Shown here in pieces: positions 9,566-21,643 of a stretch of DNA of 64,000 nucleotides. The notes under the pieces were generated by a model. It did not search any database, was not told the origin of the DNA, and saw only the letters and a program-made list of their open reading frames with translations. How positions within the stretch are numbered: position 1 is the first letter of the stretch; each line of letters starts with the position of its first letter. The DNA comes from Catajapyx aquilonaris (Eukaryota), in the NCBI GenBank assembly GCA_000934665.2, contig JYFJ02001477.1, positions 1 to 64,000 of the forward strand, in the 5' to 3' direction. The position numbers were made by a program, and so were the translations under genes.

Positions 9566-12500
9566 ATGGCATCAGCAGTAGAAGAGAAGGACAGGAAGAG
9601 CGAGCTGCACGTAGCAGCAGAAGGAGGGGATTTCAAGATGGTGGAGTTGCTCCTCCAACGAGGTGAAGACGTGAACATCCGAACGGATCTCCTTCCCCGG
9701 ACCCCACTCATTTTGGCTTCGAGGGCTTCCTACGTCGGGGTCTGTGAGATGCTGCTGTCCCACTCTCAATGTGATGCCGATGTCCAAGACGAGTTAGGCA
9801 GATCTGCTCTGCACGAAGCGGCGGAGAAAGGCAGCGTGCAAATATGCCGTCTCCTGCTAGACAATGGTGCACAGGTGGACATCCGAACCAGCGATGGGTT
9901 CACTCCCTTGCACCTAGCGGCCAGGGCTGGTCATCTGATGGTGGCCAAGCTCCTGGTCCAGAAGGGAGCTGACATTCTGGCTAAGACCAAGGATGAAAAG
10001 ACCGCCTCGAATTTTGCTGTCGAGGGAAGGCATTTTTATCTGCACATGTACCTGAGAGATGAGATGGACAAACGTGGGGTTCCATCAGAAGCCAGGTAAT
10101 TCCTTCACACACTTTGCGCTTAATGTTAATTTAAGATTAAACACGAACATGACTAATGCTGATGAATTTGAACTTTTTATCTTTGATATCTTCTGGGCAA
10201 AAAGAAATGTCATCTCAAAGTCAAATTTATTTGCCCACTGAGCCAGTGTAAGAATGAATAGTTTTGAGTTGAACCCTGAAGCATTCAGCCCCTCCCTAAC
10301 TCTAGGGTAGGGGTGAAGGTCATGCTTATTTTGTCTCATGTTTTGCCATGCCACCAACAGATCAACTGTGTCTTATTTAATGTTATATTCCCCATTTATG
10401 TTATTCTTTATTTTAATTCCTTTCTGTGCGTGCATTTCAGGTCGAATGAGAGTAAAACATCCGTAGACACTGATCAAGATCAGCAGTCGACTCAGGTATT
10501 TATCATCTCTCTTCTCCGTTCTGGAAAATTAAACTGGCCAGCAATAATTTTGATACATAAACAATTTCAGCTAATTCTTATGCATTCATAGGCGCTAATT
10601 CTGAATGTGAAATCAGAATTTCTAATGGCATCAATTTTCTTGTGGCAGACCTTACTGTCCCGGCAGTAGGCCCTTCTACTCACGGCTCAATGTCACTATC
10701 ATGTAGGCAGCAATTCCTTTATTTAACCATTTTCGCTGTTTATCTACTGCTACCACAATAGGGGCAACATAATATTAATCCATTAATTAAGCCATATTAA
10801 TCATTGCTTACTCACAAATTACAAATTATGTGGGATTTCAAACATGCCTATTGCTCAAAAACTGTGAGCGATAGAAATAATTTCCAAACATTTAATTTGA
10901 AATTAGCATCGTTTCCAACCGAGATTGATAATAATATGATTTCACCTCATTTTAACCCTGGAACTGTGCCGTGTGGTCTTTTCGGACCCCAAAGCAATTA
11001 ACCCTGTAGCGGGCATTGTTGCCTGAGGGCAACAATTAATTTGCGCAGGCGCCATAAGCTTCAACATTGGTCCTGGAAACCACAGTGTGGCTTGATGTCA
11101 CAGTTAGTTTGTTAGCTTCCGCTGGATGACATGCAATGTCGACAATGTTACGATCGGGATATGGTATGAAGCGGAGAAAAGCCAAGGTCGTTGAAAATGG
11201 CACGAAATTTTGAATTTGCTGAAGCAGCAATTGTTTCTGGAGCTGATTAGATATAGGTGCAGATATTAAATAGCCAATTGCATGTGTAACACTGCAAGAG
11301 TAGCTCTCTCGTCGCCATTTGAGGCCATTCTAATTTTGCCAGCACAAATTCATTACAATTTTTTGGCAGCGCAGGCACAGTATTGCTTGAGGTTTGAGTC
11401 CTAAGTCATTGTACGTATTTTTATTCAAAAACGGAACCATGTACAGACATGACTATGTTTTTAAGGTCCGGCGATTACAATTTGGACTGGAATATAGATG
11501 GCCCCTAGATCTCAAGGGGAGCCGGTAAACGAAAGGGGATCGTGACCCCCACACCCCGAGCTGCATGAGACGGTGGAAGGGTGGGGGTTATGATCGCCTT
11601 TATTTTCTGGACCCCCTTGCGATATGGATGCCATCTATTTATCAGATGAAATTGTAATCACCGGACCTTCAAAACTTAGCAAAGGTCACCTCTGTGTGTG
11701 TTACCATTTTTGAATAAAAAAATACTCGCCATGACTTTTGACTGTCCTGGTGTAACTTCAAAGTCATTGGGTCAGAGATGACCAAAACATAATAAAAACC
11801 ATCCTTACGTCGCATATGATGAGAAAAAGGCGTTAGATTTTTTAATTCCCACAATCCTAAATGTGTGCAGTACAGGGTTAAAATGCATTAAAATTTCCAT
11901 TACAATGAACTGTTTGGCAATTTTTAAAAGTATATAACAGGAAGTTCACGTTTATTTTGAATTAGCGATCATTTTAGGCATGATTGCATATAGTCAATAC
12001 ATTGAAAAGTATTATATACAAATTTTGAACAATTAAAATATGGCGTAGGGTCCTAGAAGACCCCGCGGCACAGTTAACGTAACTGTCAGGCACGGCACGG
12101 TTCCAGGGTTAAAGAGGATTGTTGCTCATCTGATTTCACACGTTGATGAATGTTGTTGGTCATGTCGGAATCTCGTGATTTGCTGTCACCATAATTATTC
12201 ATCCACCTGTTGAAGGGCAATCAGTTGAAGAGCAATACTGGCCCGCTTGCAACAAAATGTACATGCTAATTTATCTTTCCTTGTACGATGAGCTATCTTG
12301 TCTTCCTGAAATATTTGAAAAAGATGATTCAAGGACGTACTATGGATTCAGTCTTTAAATTTCAAGCCAGTAAAGAGAGGAATCGTTTTGATGTAACTAT
12401 GGCTGTTTTGAAATCCAATTCTTGAGTTGGAAGTGATAAATAAATCAGACGGTTGGTTATTTGTTACATTTTAATGAAGATGTATAGCTAATGCAAAGAA

Positions 12501-13814
12501 GTGAAGACGTTCACTTGCCTCTTTCAGGTCACGATCATGTTTCCACAGAATGCGCAGATTGTCTCAGGTGAACACGAAGGAGGATCACTGAGTGAGGCCA
12601 CTGCAGGACTCAAGCTGGACAGCCCCAAACCTAGTAGGAGAAGACTCGTGGTAGTAAAAATTCAGGGCAGCACTCAAGTGGACAAGGACACAGGTGACGA
12701 GACAATACCGTCATCCGGAAGAAGTGACGGTATTGGACGCAAGGGAGCAGCAAAGGGGATGGACGATTCGAAGGGTAGTCATCGCGCGTCGAGTGGAGGT
12801 GGGCAGGAAGGAGCTGGGGATGCAAGTGGGACACACTCCTCAGGGCAGCAGCATCAACAGATGAGGGCATGGAAGGAAGTGGTAGATTCTGCTCACTCCC
12901 TACATAAAGCGGGCAAATATAATGAGGCTTTAGCATTCTACAGGAGAGTGTTGGTGGAGGAGGAGGAAGTGTTAGGTTACGACCATCCAGACACTCTTCG
13001 GACAAAGCATGACGTGGCCTGCGTGCTACAGTACCAAGGGAAGTACGACCAAGCCTTGTGGGCATACAGGGAGGTTTTGAATATGCAGGAAAAAGTGTTG
13101 GGTCATGACCATCCGGACACTCTAAGGACAAAGATGAACATAGCCAACGTGTTACATGACCAAGGGAAGCCCTCAGAAGCCTTGCGGATTTACAGGGAAG
13201 TTTTGGCTAAGCAGGAACAAGTGTTGGGTCATGACCATCCGGACACTCTTCGGACAAAGCATAACATGGCAGGGGTGCTACGGAATCTAGGAGATTATGA
13301 CGGAGCATTGCGGATTTACAGGGAAGTTTTGGAAAATATGGAAAAAGTGTTGGGCCATGACCATCCGGACACTCTTGGGTCAAAGGTGAACATAGCCAGC
13401 GTGTTAGATGACCAAGGGAAGTACGAGGAAGCCTTGCGGGCATACAGGGAGGTTTTGGATAAGCAGGAACAAGTGTTGGGTCATGACCATCCCAACACTC
13501 TTAAGACAAAGAATAACATGGCAGGGGTGTTATGGAATCAAGGCAATTATGACGAAACCTTGCGGTTATTAAGGGAGGTTTTGGATAAGAGGGAAAAGGT
13601 TTTGGGCCGTGACCATCCGGACACTCTTGCAACAAAGATGAACATGGCCTTAGTGTTAGATGACCAAGGGAAGTACGAGGAAGCCTTGCTGATTTACGGG
13701 GAGGTTTTGAATAAGCAAGAAAGAGTGTTGGGTCATGAACACCCAGACACTCTTATGACAAAGCGTAATATGAAAGCTGCACAAGTCAGGAGTAGCATTA
13801 CCCTGAATGCTTAG
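9566..13814 (+). CDS. Ankyrin + 42-aa TPR protein, copy C; exons 9566-10095, 10441-10495, 12528-13814 (~623 aa)
   Basis: Same exon structure as copy A with an open frame across the splices; 6 full TPR units (12972-13727) plus cap; no hydrophobic tail. Confidence 0.85.
10956..12108. mobile_element. Non-autonomous piggyBac-like element (TTAA TSD) in intron 2 of ANK-TPR copy C
   Basis: TTAA|CCCTGGAACTGTGCCGTG ... CACGGCACGGTTCCAGGG|TTAA (17/18 TIR match). The paralogous intron at ~6385-6400 has the empty site CATTTTAAAGAGGATT. Confidence 0.9.
11463..11669. repeat. Imperfect ~200-bp inverted repeat (MITE-like) inside the piggyBac-like element
   Basis: AAGGTCCGGCGATTACAATTT pairs with AAATTGTAATCACCGGACCTT, with further internal complementarity. 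Confidence 0.6.
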
Positions 13815-14726
13815 GAGGTAATTTAGAAGGTAACCTCTTTAATTCTTATTTACATATCACTTAATGGGATAGAGTAGCATAAATTTTTAATTACCTGAAT
13901 GATCTTTTGCACTAAACATGGCCAGATCGATCGTAAAGTCACTCGCCTGTACACACGGGTGTAACCCGTAGCGTGGGTTGCCAGTGCCCGGGGCAAGGCA
14001 AGTATTGCGCCCCCCTAAACATGTATTGTCTTTTAAGAAAATACTGATGTAAAATCAAAGAAAACGCCTTTAAAGGGACACTCCACTCAAAAGACAAGTT
14101 GATGGTCTCTAAAGATTGGGCAAAAAATTCTGAATCCGAAGGTGCAATCCGTTTTTCGCTACGCGGAACGGTAATCCCAGGGCGAGTGGTCAAAGTGGGG
14201 AAATTCAAATAGTGCGCTAGAAGCTGGCCGTCCGTATATGCTCCCTGGTTATGTTGCAAAGATGTTGGGTCTCATGTTGCTTATTCTAAATCTGGTGACC
14301 ATGTTTAAATTCGATGATATTTGGATTAAGAAGTGTAATAAACATGACTGATCATCTTGCAAAGATATTGATTAATTTGCTTTTGTAATGGGGGTTTTGA
14401 GTAGGGCTGTCACAGAGCAGGTAATTCCAATCCTGGCTGTAAATTGTGCTAGCGGAGGATGTGCGGAGTAGTCACTTCTCCAGCCGAGTGCTTCAAGTCT
14501 GGAAGCTCAGTTTGTTTCCGTCTGCATCTTAGTACTTGGGACAACAGAAACAGCTTGGATTTTATCCCTAGCAGCATGGGAAGTGAGGATTCATCAGGAT
14601 TCATAAGTGGCGGAGAAAGATGCAAGCAAACCAACCGGTGGATATCTAGGATTTGGAGTACAATAATTAGTGTGCAAGTCATGTAAAACGAATTTACAGT
14701 CATTGATTCATTCCTTTTCATTTCAG

Positions 14727-14856
14727 GCTCCACCCATGACCTTTTCTGACTTCCCACCTTAGATTAAACTGACAGTGAGTGTGTTCTCATGCTTGTCGCA
14801 AGATGATGTCATCCTGGGAGCAGGCTTGGTGTGCAAAGAATGGCTGAGGTTGCGGC
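14727..14856 (+). pseudogene. Decayed F-box exon fragment
   Basis: After a TTTCAG acceptor, ATG 14736 reads MTFSDFPP*IKLTVSVFSCLSQDDVILGAGLVCKEWLRL, which fits the F-box pattern (LPxE...F..L...D......VCKxW) with TAG at the conserved Glu. Confidence 0.6.
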
Positions 14857-15061
14857 ATGCCGGTGTAGCCAAGGTCGACCAGTTTTTATCAATACACAAT
14901 CTGGTGGCAATACCAGCATGCCGGTATAGGGCGAGGTATGCCGGTAAGGCGAGGTTTTCACATAAGTTACATTGAACTTGACATTTGCCTGAAAAAAAAA
15001 TCACATAAAGGTTATCGAAAAGGCACATTTTTCAGAATCTTTTGTTTTCAATTGCAGTGTA

Positions 15062-15223
15062 CAGTGCTGGCCATATATCGAGGCAACCGCCAGCGACATT
15101 TGTCCGAAGCGGCAGAAGCAGGAATGTTGCTCGCCCGGCTTGTAGCATGCTTATCTTCGATTCCTTCTTCTGCCGCTTCGGAAAAATGTCGCTGGCGGTT
15201 GCCTCAATATATGGCCAGCACTG
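15062..15223. mobile_element. Tc1/mariner-type MITE, 162 bp, TA TSD
   Basis: TA|CAGTGCTGGCCATAT...ATATGGCCAGCACTG|TA with ~58-bp near-perfect arms. Confidence 0.85.
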
Positions 15224-15906
15224 TACCTGGCAATAATAATCTCTATTTAAAACCAGGCTGGCTATGGGATTGGACACGCAATCTACATTTTTTATATGCA
15301 CTGTGCAACAGAACTCGCATATTCTCAGAGCCTGTACACTCGCCCATTATCATCATAACATAATTTCAGGCAAACCGAGCGTTACAGAAAAGAGATACGG
15401 TCAGGGGCTGTCATGAAGATCGATTAACACTCGCAGTGTATCTTATCTGCTAATCCCAGATGTATTTGACCCCAAAGAATTGTAATCAAATGCGTAAGTG
15501 ATCAACACAATCCGATATAAAAGGAACTCAAACCGTATACACATCTTTAATTTGCAACGAGCAATCTTTGAGTGCACATCGTTTTTTTCTTCGCGGAAGA
15601 TCCGGATATTTTCAACTCAAACCTACTAATCTGCATAGAGCAGTTGATAGGTTATTATTTTGCCATTATTAGGTTTTACAACGGGATTCTGACATGTGCG
15701 GGATATTCTACAATTTTGTGAATGATTTATTTAGAACTGACGGAGGCTTTTAATGTTATTGCGGTTTTAAGGAGGATTATATGAAGCAATTCCTATTGGC
15801 ATGTAAAATATTTGATAATGTGCGTGATTCTACATAGGGTTTGTGAGGAATGGGTTTAGGATTGATATAGGGCCTACGTAACAATCCGAATTAACTCCAC
15901 CTTGTA

Positions 15907-16068
15907 CAGTGTTGGTCATTAATCGATTCATACTGCTAGAGACATTTTCCAAAGCGGCAGAAGAACGAATCAAAGATATGGATAGTGCAAGCCGTGCGAG
16001 CAAGATTTGTTATTCTGCCACTTTGGAAAATGTCGCTAGCAGTATGACTCTATTAATGTCCAACACTG
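15907..16068. mobile_element. Tc1/mariner-type MITE, 162 bp, TA TSD (diverged relative of 15062-15223)
   Basis: TA|CAGTGTTGGTCATTAAT...ATTAATGTCCAACACTG|TA; absent from the paralogous site at ~9405. Confidence 0.85.
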
Positions 16069-16199
16069 TATGTAGAGTATACAGCATGTTCCACATTTGT
16101 GAATCTGCTTGAATCTCCTATTGAAGAACAATACTGGCCTGCTTAGCAACAAAATACATATAATTATGTTAATTTATTTTTCTTTGTAAGTATGACCTA

Positions 16200-16354
16200 C
16201 AGTGCGGAAAACGAAACGACGATCTGACGTCATCGTTTCTGACCACTTTCTTACTTTGTTCTTTTTTGTTGACATTGTTTACTCATGCTGTTGTATGAGG
16301 GTATCTCCATGGAAACCTTGATGACTTTAGATCGCCGTTTCATTTTCCACATTG
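16200..16354. mobile_element. TA-flanked MITE
   Basis: TA|CAGTGCGGAAAACGAAACGACGATCT...AGATCGCCGTTTCATTTTCCACATTG|TA; the paralogous empty site is GAGCTATCTTGTCTTCC at ~12290-12306. Confidence 0.8.
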
Positions 16355-17204
16355 TATCTCTTCTTCCTGAAATATTCGAAAAAGAGCATTCAAGGAGGTC
16401 CTATGGATTCAGTCTTTAAATTTCAAGCCAGTAAAGAGGGCAATCGTTTTGATGTAACTATGTCTGTTTTGAAATCCTATTCTTGAGTTGGAAGTGCTAA
16501 ATAAATCAGACGGTTGGTTATTTGTTACATTTTAATGAAGATGTATAGCTAACGCGAAGAAGTGAAGATATGCACTTGCCTCTTTCAGGTCCCGATCAAT
16601 ATTAATCTAGCAAGCACCACTTGTGAGAAGGTGACATGCACTTTCCTTGTGATGATTACTCGCTTTATGTGCGTTGCTCAAAGGTACTGCCTTATAATAA
16701 GGAATACCCGGGTAAGTGGAACCCATGGCCACAATAATAAGTCACACTGAAAATAATATCCTGTCTGCCATTTGCCTGGAAACAATGCAAATAACTCTGG
16801 TGCGCTGCCACGACATGGTTGCCCGACAGCAACATTACCAAGAGACATACGTGTGCCATTTATACTCAATATAACATGAGAAAGCATCCTCATAATTTTC
16901 AGCAACTTGATTATTACCTGAGTGCAGCTGCTCATGAAGCTCGTGTGGTTACAATTAATTAAATGAATTTTTTTGTAAAATATCTTCAAATGAATATTTT
17001 TAAATGGTGATTTTAGAAAATTATTCTACGTCGAACCATTAGCCCTACGTTACAAGAACTCTTATTATTTACCTTGTGAATCTCTGGCCGATGCAAGGGC
17101 GGTAATGACTCCAATGATGTCCACTGAATAATCATGTTGTACTTGCAATTTAAATGTAATAAATGAGATGAAAACCTGTATATTTTTTAAATTAAAATCT
17201 TCCA

Positions 17205-17520
17205 CAGTAACGTGTAGCTAATAACATATTAGAGTAACGGTTCTTCCTGGGTAACAGCTTAATACGATAGCGCTTAATAACTTCAGGTCAGATTCAGGCG
17301 TCCGAATGCACCTCTGACGAAATCCAAGATGGCCGCCAAGTAACAGCTTACTAAGATAGCGCTTAATAACCTCCGATTCGATTCAGGCGTCCGAATGCAC
17401 CTTGTGACGAAATCCAAGATGGCCGCCGATTTTTCTCATCATCATTTGGGAGTTATTAATTTTTGCTGATTTTGAGCTCGTTTTGAGGCCTGTCCGGGAT
17501 GGAATCGGCTGCAGGGTGAG
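17205..17520 (+). promoter_or_regulatory. ZNF-type promoter (motif at 17295-17337 and 17384-17427) and non-coding exon, donor at 17515/17516
   Basis: Duplicated CAGGCGTCCGAATGCACC..AATCCAAGATGGCCGCC with a YY1-like CAAGATGGC core. Confidence 0.65.
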
Positions 17521-17712
17521 TGGGCCGTCGAAGGTCAAAGGTTGTGACCGCAGTACAGGCCATGCTATTAGAGAACAGGTTGTACAGAAACAATAATGAA
17601 ATGATCAAAGTAATAATTGATATCACGACCATTGCAAACGTTGTTGCACATTGTTAGTTCAGTGGTTCATTACTTGCAATTGTAGTAATTCATGGTAAAT
17701 TTCAGGACGCCA

Positions 17713-18772
17713 ATGCCGATCAAGCAGGAAGTGCAGGACGTGGATGACGACAGCGACGGTTCTGACGTGTGCAACTTACCGCTGAAAGTTGAGATATCGT
17801 CATGTTTAGGCGATGGACCCGCTATTGTTGAACAAGACTGTGAGGTAAAGCAGGAGGTACCAGAGGCACTCTCAGCATGCTTGGGTGACGGACCGACCAT
17901 TGTCGAACATGACGAGACGAAGACGCCGCCGGAAGAGGAAATTCTGGTTGCCATACCGGACGTTGAAAGTGATACAGATGATCCCTTGTCTTCTAATTCA
18001 ATAGGGAACAATCAGGTATCAAGTCATGTGATTTAAATATATGAGATCCGATGCGACTAAATATGTCTTTCAGGTAGAGGACATGCAAGCGAAACAACAA
18101 AAGCCGCATCACACCGGGAGGAAATCGTTTTGTTGTCATGTTTGTCAGAAGAGGTTCAACAAGTCAGGTGATTTGAAACGCCACATTAGGACACATACTG
18201 GCGAGAAGCTCGTCCAGTGTCCGCTTTGCCAGAAAGAGTTTTGCCAGGCGTCCTACATGAAGACTCACATGCGGGTGCACACAGGGGAGAAGCCGTTCAG
18301 TTGTCACATATGCCACAAAAACTTTGGTGAGATCGGCACATTGCGACGTCACCTCGGTACGCACACCGGGGAGAAGCCAGTCAGTTGTCAAGTCTGCCTG
18401 AAAAGCTTCAGTCAGACTAGTGCGTTGAAACGTCACCTGAGGACACACACGGGGGAGAAGATCTACAGCTGTAAAGTGTGCCAGAAGTCGTACAGCCAGT
18501 CGTCCTACCTGAAAATTCACTTGCGGGTGCACACAGGTGAGAAGCCATTCAGCTGCGAGATTTGCCAGAAGAACTTCAGTGAGATGGGTACTCTGAAGCG
18601 TCATCTGGGTACGCACACTGGGGAAAAACCCTTCAGCTGTGAAGTCTGCCAGAAATGGTTCAGCCGGGCAAGCGCACTGAAAACACACTTAAAGACACAC
18701 ACGAAAGAGACACACCCGCAAGGTGATGCGGATCCGGAAAGTGATAATAAAATGCCAAAGGAGATGCCGTGA
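17713..18772 (+). CDS. C2H2 zinc-finger protein A (7 fingers); exons 17713-18015, 18074-18772
   Basis: Acidic N-terminus with IKQE/LKVE/VKQE and DDPL, a phase-0 intron, then 7 C2H2 fingers with HTGEK linkers. Confidence 0.9.
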
Positions 18773-19097
18773 CAGGAAAAATTTAGACAAATTCACTCAA
18801 GTGTACAGTCATATTGATTCACAAAAGGTGCCGTCAAAGTCATTGTTTAACCCAGAAAAAAAGTTGAACGAGCGGCAACAATATGGACATGATTGTTCCT
18901 TCCGACAATTCTGAACTGGCCAACACTGTTGATTATCCTCATTATTTGGTGGACAAGCGTAAGCAATAAGTGTGATTAGTTGTGTACGTTTTAATGGAAC
19001 ATTATACGGCTTGAAATTACACTTAAATACAATTCAATAAATACCAAGGCCATGATTAAATAATAAAGTTTCAAATTGGGTTCAAAATTGTTTTATT

Positions 19098-19540
19098 GAA
19101 ATAGCGGTATTGAGTAGCCGTGACTGATAACTGCTAATTGGAATAACGTATAACGAATAACGGTTTTGATTAATAGTCTCTGGTAGCTGCTAATTAAAAT
19201 AGCGGATAGCGGTATTGAGTAGCTGGTGACTGATAACTGCTAATGTGAATAACGCATAATGAATAGCGGTCTCTAGTAGCTGCAAAATAAAATAGCGAAT
19301 AGCGGTAATGAGTAGCCGTGACTGGTAACTGCTAATTAGAATAACGAATAGCGGTCTCTAGTAGTTGCGAATTAAAATGGCGAATAGCGGTATTGAGTAG
19401 CCGTGACTGGTAACTGCTAATTGGAATAACACATAACGAATAGCGGTATTGACGAGAAGTCTGGTAGCTGCTAATTGGAATAACGAATAGCGTTATTGAG
19501 TAGCTGTGACTATTAGCTGCTAAAATATATAGCGTTTATG
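19098..19540. repeat. Degenerate tandem array (GAATAGCGGTATTGAGTAGCCGTGACTGRTAACTGCTAAT...) directly upstream of the ZNF B promoter
   Basis: At least five recognisable copies built from ATAGCG/TAAC/GTAGC words. Confidence 0.85.
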
Positions 19541-19556
19541 ACCATGGATCGGACGT

Positions 19557-19595
19557 CAGGCATCCGAATGCACCCGTGATTCCAAGATGGCGTCC
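19557..19595 (+). promoter_or_regulatory. ZNF-type promoter motif
   Basis: CAGGCATCCGAATGCACCCGTGATTCCAAGATGGCGTCC, ~280 bp before the ZNF B ATG. Confidence 0.65.
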
Positions 19596-19875
19596 ATTTT
19601 TTCCCTGGAAGTCTGTCAGTCTGTTAATTTTAATTAAATTTTGAGCCCGTACGGCTTCAGAGCGGGTTAAAAAGTATCGGACAACCTGGACGGGACATGG
19701 GCCGTCCCAGTTGTAGTGGACACACGATCGGAGAGGTGCGAAAACATGCTGGACAAGTAGAAATATCGGTATGACACTTCAATTAGTTACACATTTTTTC
19801 GCCATTTTTCAGCTTTCTCTTAGCACAGATGAGTTCACATTGGCGATGCTGTGCTACTGACAGCCTGGGGCGGTC

Positions 19876-20960
19876 ATGCCCGAAATGTCAGTAGAATGGG
19901 TGTCTGTTAAGCAGGAGACGGATGCGGCAGAATGGTTGGAAGAAGAGGAGACGACCGCTGATTGCTGTTCATACTCGATGGACCCATCAATTGTTGCAGA
20001 TGTACCACTGGTAAAGCCAGAAGCTGAAGAGGAAACAATGGTGGAAGTACAGCCGGATGTTCCGCAAAACTCAGATGATCCGTTAGATCTTACTGCTGGT
20101 ACAAGTTGGGTATGTCGATAATGAGCTGTATGTTCTTCCTGTACTGAACTTCACTTATTTGTCAGGATGGTCACATGCCGACATCTCAAAAAGGGAAGTC
20201 GTATTGCCCAGTTTGCCACAAATGCTTCAGTCAAGCCGGTGCCGTCAAACATCATTTGATGATACACAATGGGGAAAAGCCGTTCAGTTGCGACGTGTGC
20301 CATAAGAGCTTTACACAGCAAGGTGCGTTGAAGACTCACATGCGGACGCACACCAGGGAAAAGCCATTCACATGTCCGGACTGCCTGAAAACCTTCAGTC
20401 AATCCAGTGCTCTGAAGCGGCACCAGAGCATGCACTTTGGCGAAAAGGCGTTCAGCTGCAACTTGTGCCACAGAAAGTTCAGTCGTGCTTCGTACTTGAA
20501 AACTCATATGCTGAACCACACCGGGGAAAAGCCATTTGGTTGTCCGGTGTGCCGTAAAAAGTTCAGTCAGGCAAGCAACCTGAAGACCCACATCGGCACA
20601 CACGCTGGACAAAAGTCGTTTCGCTGTAGCGTTTGTGAAAAGACGTTCAGTCAAGCCGCGTCGCTCAAGAGTCACCAAATAACACACACCGGGGACAAGC
20701 CGTTTGCATGTGAAATTTGCCAGAAACTATTCACACAATCCAGTTCGCTGAACCGTCACCTGCAGATCCACATCGGGGAGAAGCGATTCAGCTGCGAGAC
20801 CTGCCTGAAGAAGTTCAGCCGCTCGTCTTACCTGAAGACTCACATGATGATACACACAGGCAAGAAGCCATACACCTGCCATGTGTGTCAGAAACAGTTT
20901 GTTCAGTCGGGTCATCTGAAACTTCACTTGGGGCTTCACATGCAGCCAACAGTCGCTTAA
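19876..20960 (+). CDS. C2H2 zinc-finger protein B (9 fingers); exons 19876-20109, 20166-20960
   Basis: N-terminus has VKQE, VKPE and DDPLDLT; phase-0 intron; 9 C2H2 fingers. Confidence 0.9.
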
Positions 20961-21259
20961 AAGTGAGATCGCAATTATCCCGATTTGTACATTGAAGATA
21001 GTGCAATTACTCTGGAAAGTGCTTCGCATTACCCGCAACATGCTGTGAAAAACACGAGTCATTAGAAATAAATCTAGTCATGCTACAAGTCACAATAGGT
21101 ACCTGCGCATAGTCATATCTGTGCCATAAAAATGTATTGTTGCTTATGAAAAGTATCGAGGCCCAGGAAATGTTTAAAAAGTACTGTACGGACCGATATA
21201 ATAATGTAATGTTGTTTTTTAAATGTGTATAGTAAATGTTCATGTGATAAGTATTCTAG

Positions 21260-21419
21260 AGGCCTGTTTTCACCGGCATAATGTTCGAGCACAAAATCAA
21301 TCAAACATTGTCGTTATTATTACTTTATTACTTTATTATTAATCGCCTAGCAACAAAAAAAAAAGTTCCGCGCCGTGCATTTTGTCCAGAACAAAAATTA
21401 TGCCGGTGGAAACAGGCCT
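21260..21419. mobile_element. PIF/Harbinger-like MITE
   Basis: TIRs AGGCCTGTTTTCACCGGCATAAT / ATTATGCCGGTGGAAACAGGCCT, flanked by TAG/TAA. Confidence 0.65.
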
Positions 21420-21643
21420 TAAGACAAGTATTAGTGCTGAAATAATTTTATTTGCAGATTTGTGTATGATACACTAATTTTTAGTTAAAATTTGCATTTT
21501 TAAAAATATCTTAATAGCATAATAACGAGTCGCCAATCACCTGTTATAAGCAGCAGTTCGTAATATAACAGGTTGTCTTTAATAGCGGTTCTTTATAAGT
21601 AACTGCTTGTTGATAATAGCGTTTAGTAGCCTCGTGTTGCAAA

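Larger units (their letters stand above)
15415..16600 (+). pseudogene. Ghost ANK-TPR copy D: only intronic/flanking sequence and 10 nt of the last exon remain
   Basis: 15420-16110 matches 8770-9440, then jumps to a match with 12225-12537. After TTTCAG|GTCCCGATCA it jumps to the 3' flank matching 3460 onward. Confidence 0.7.
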
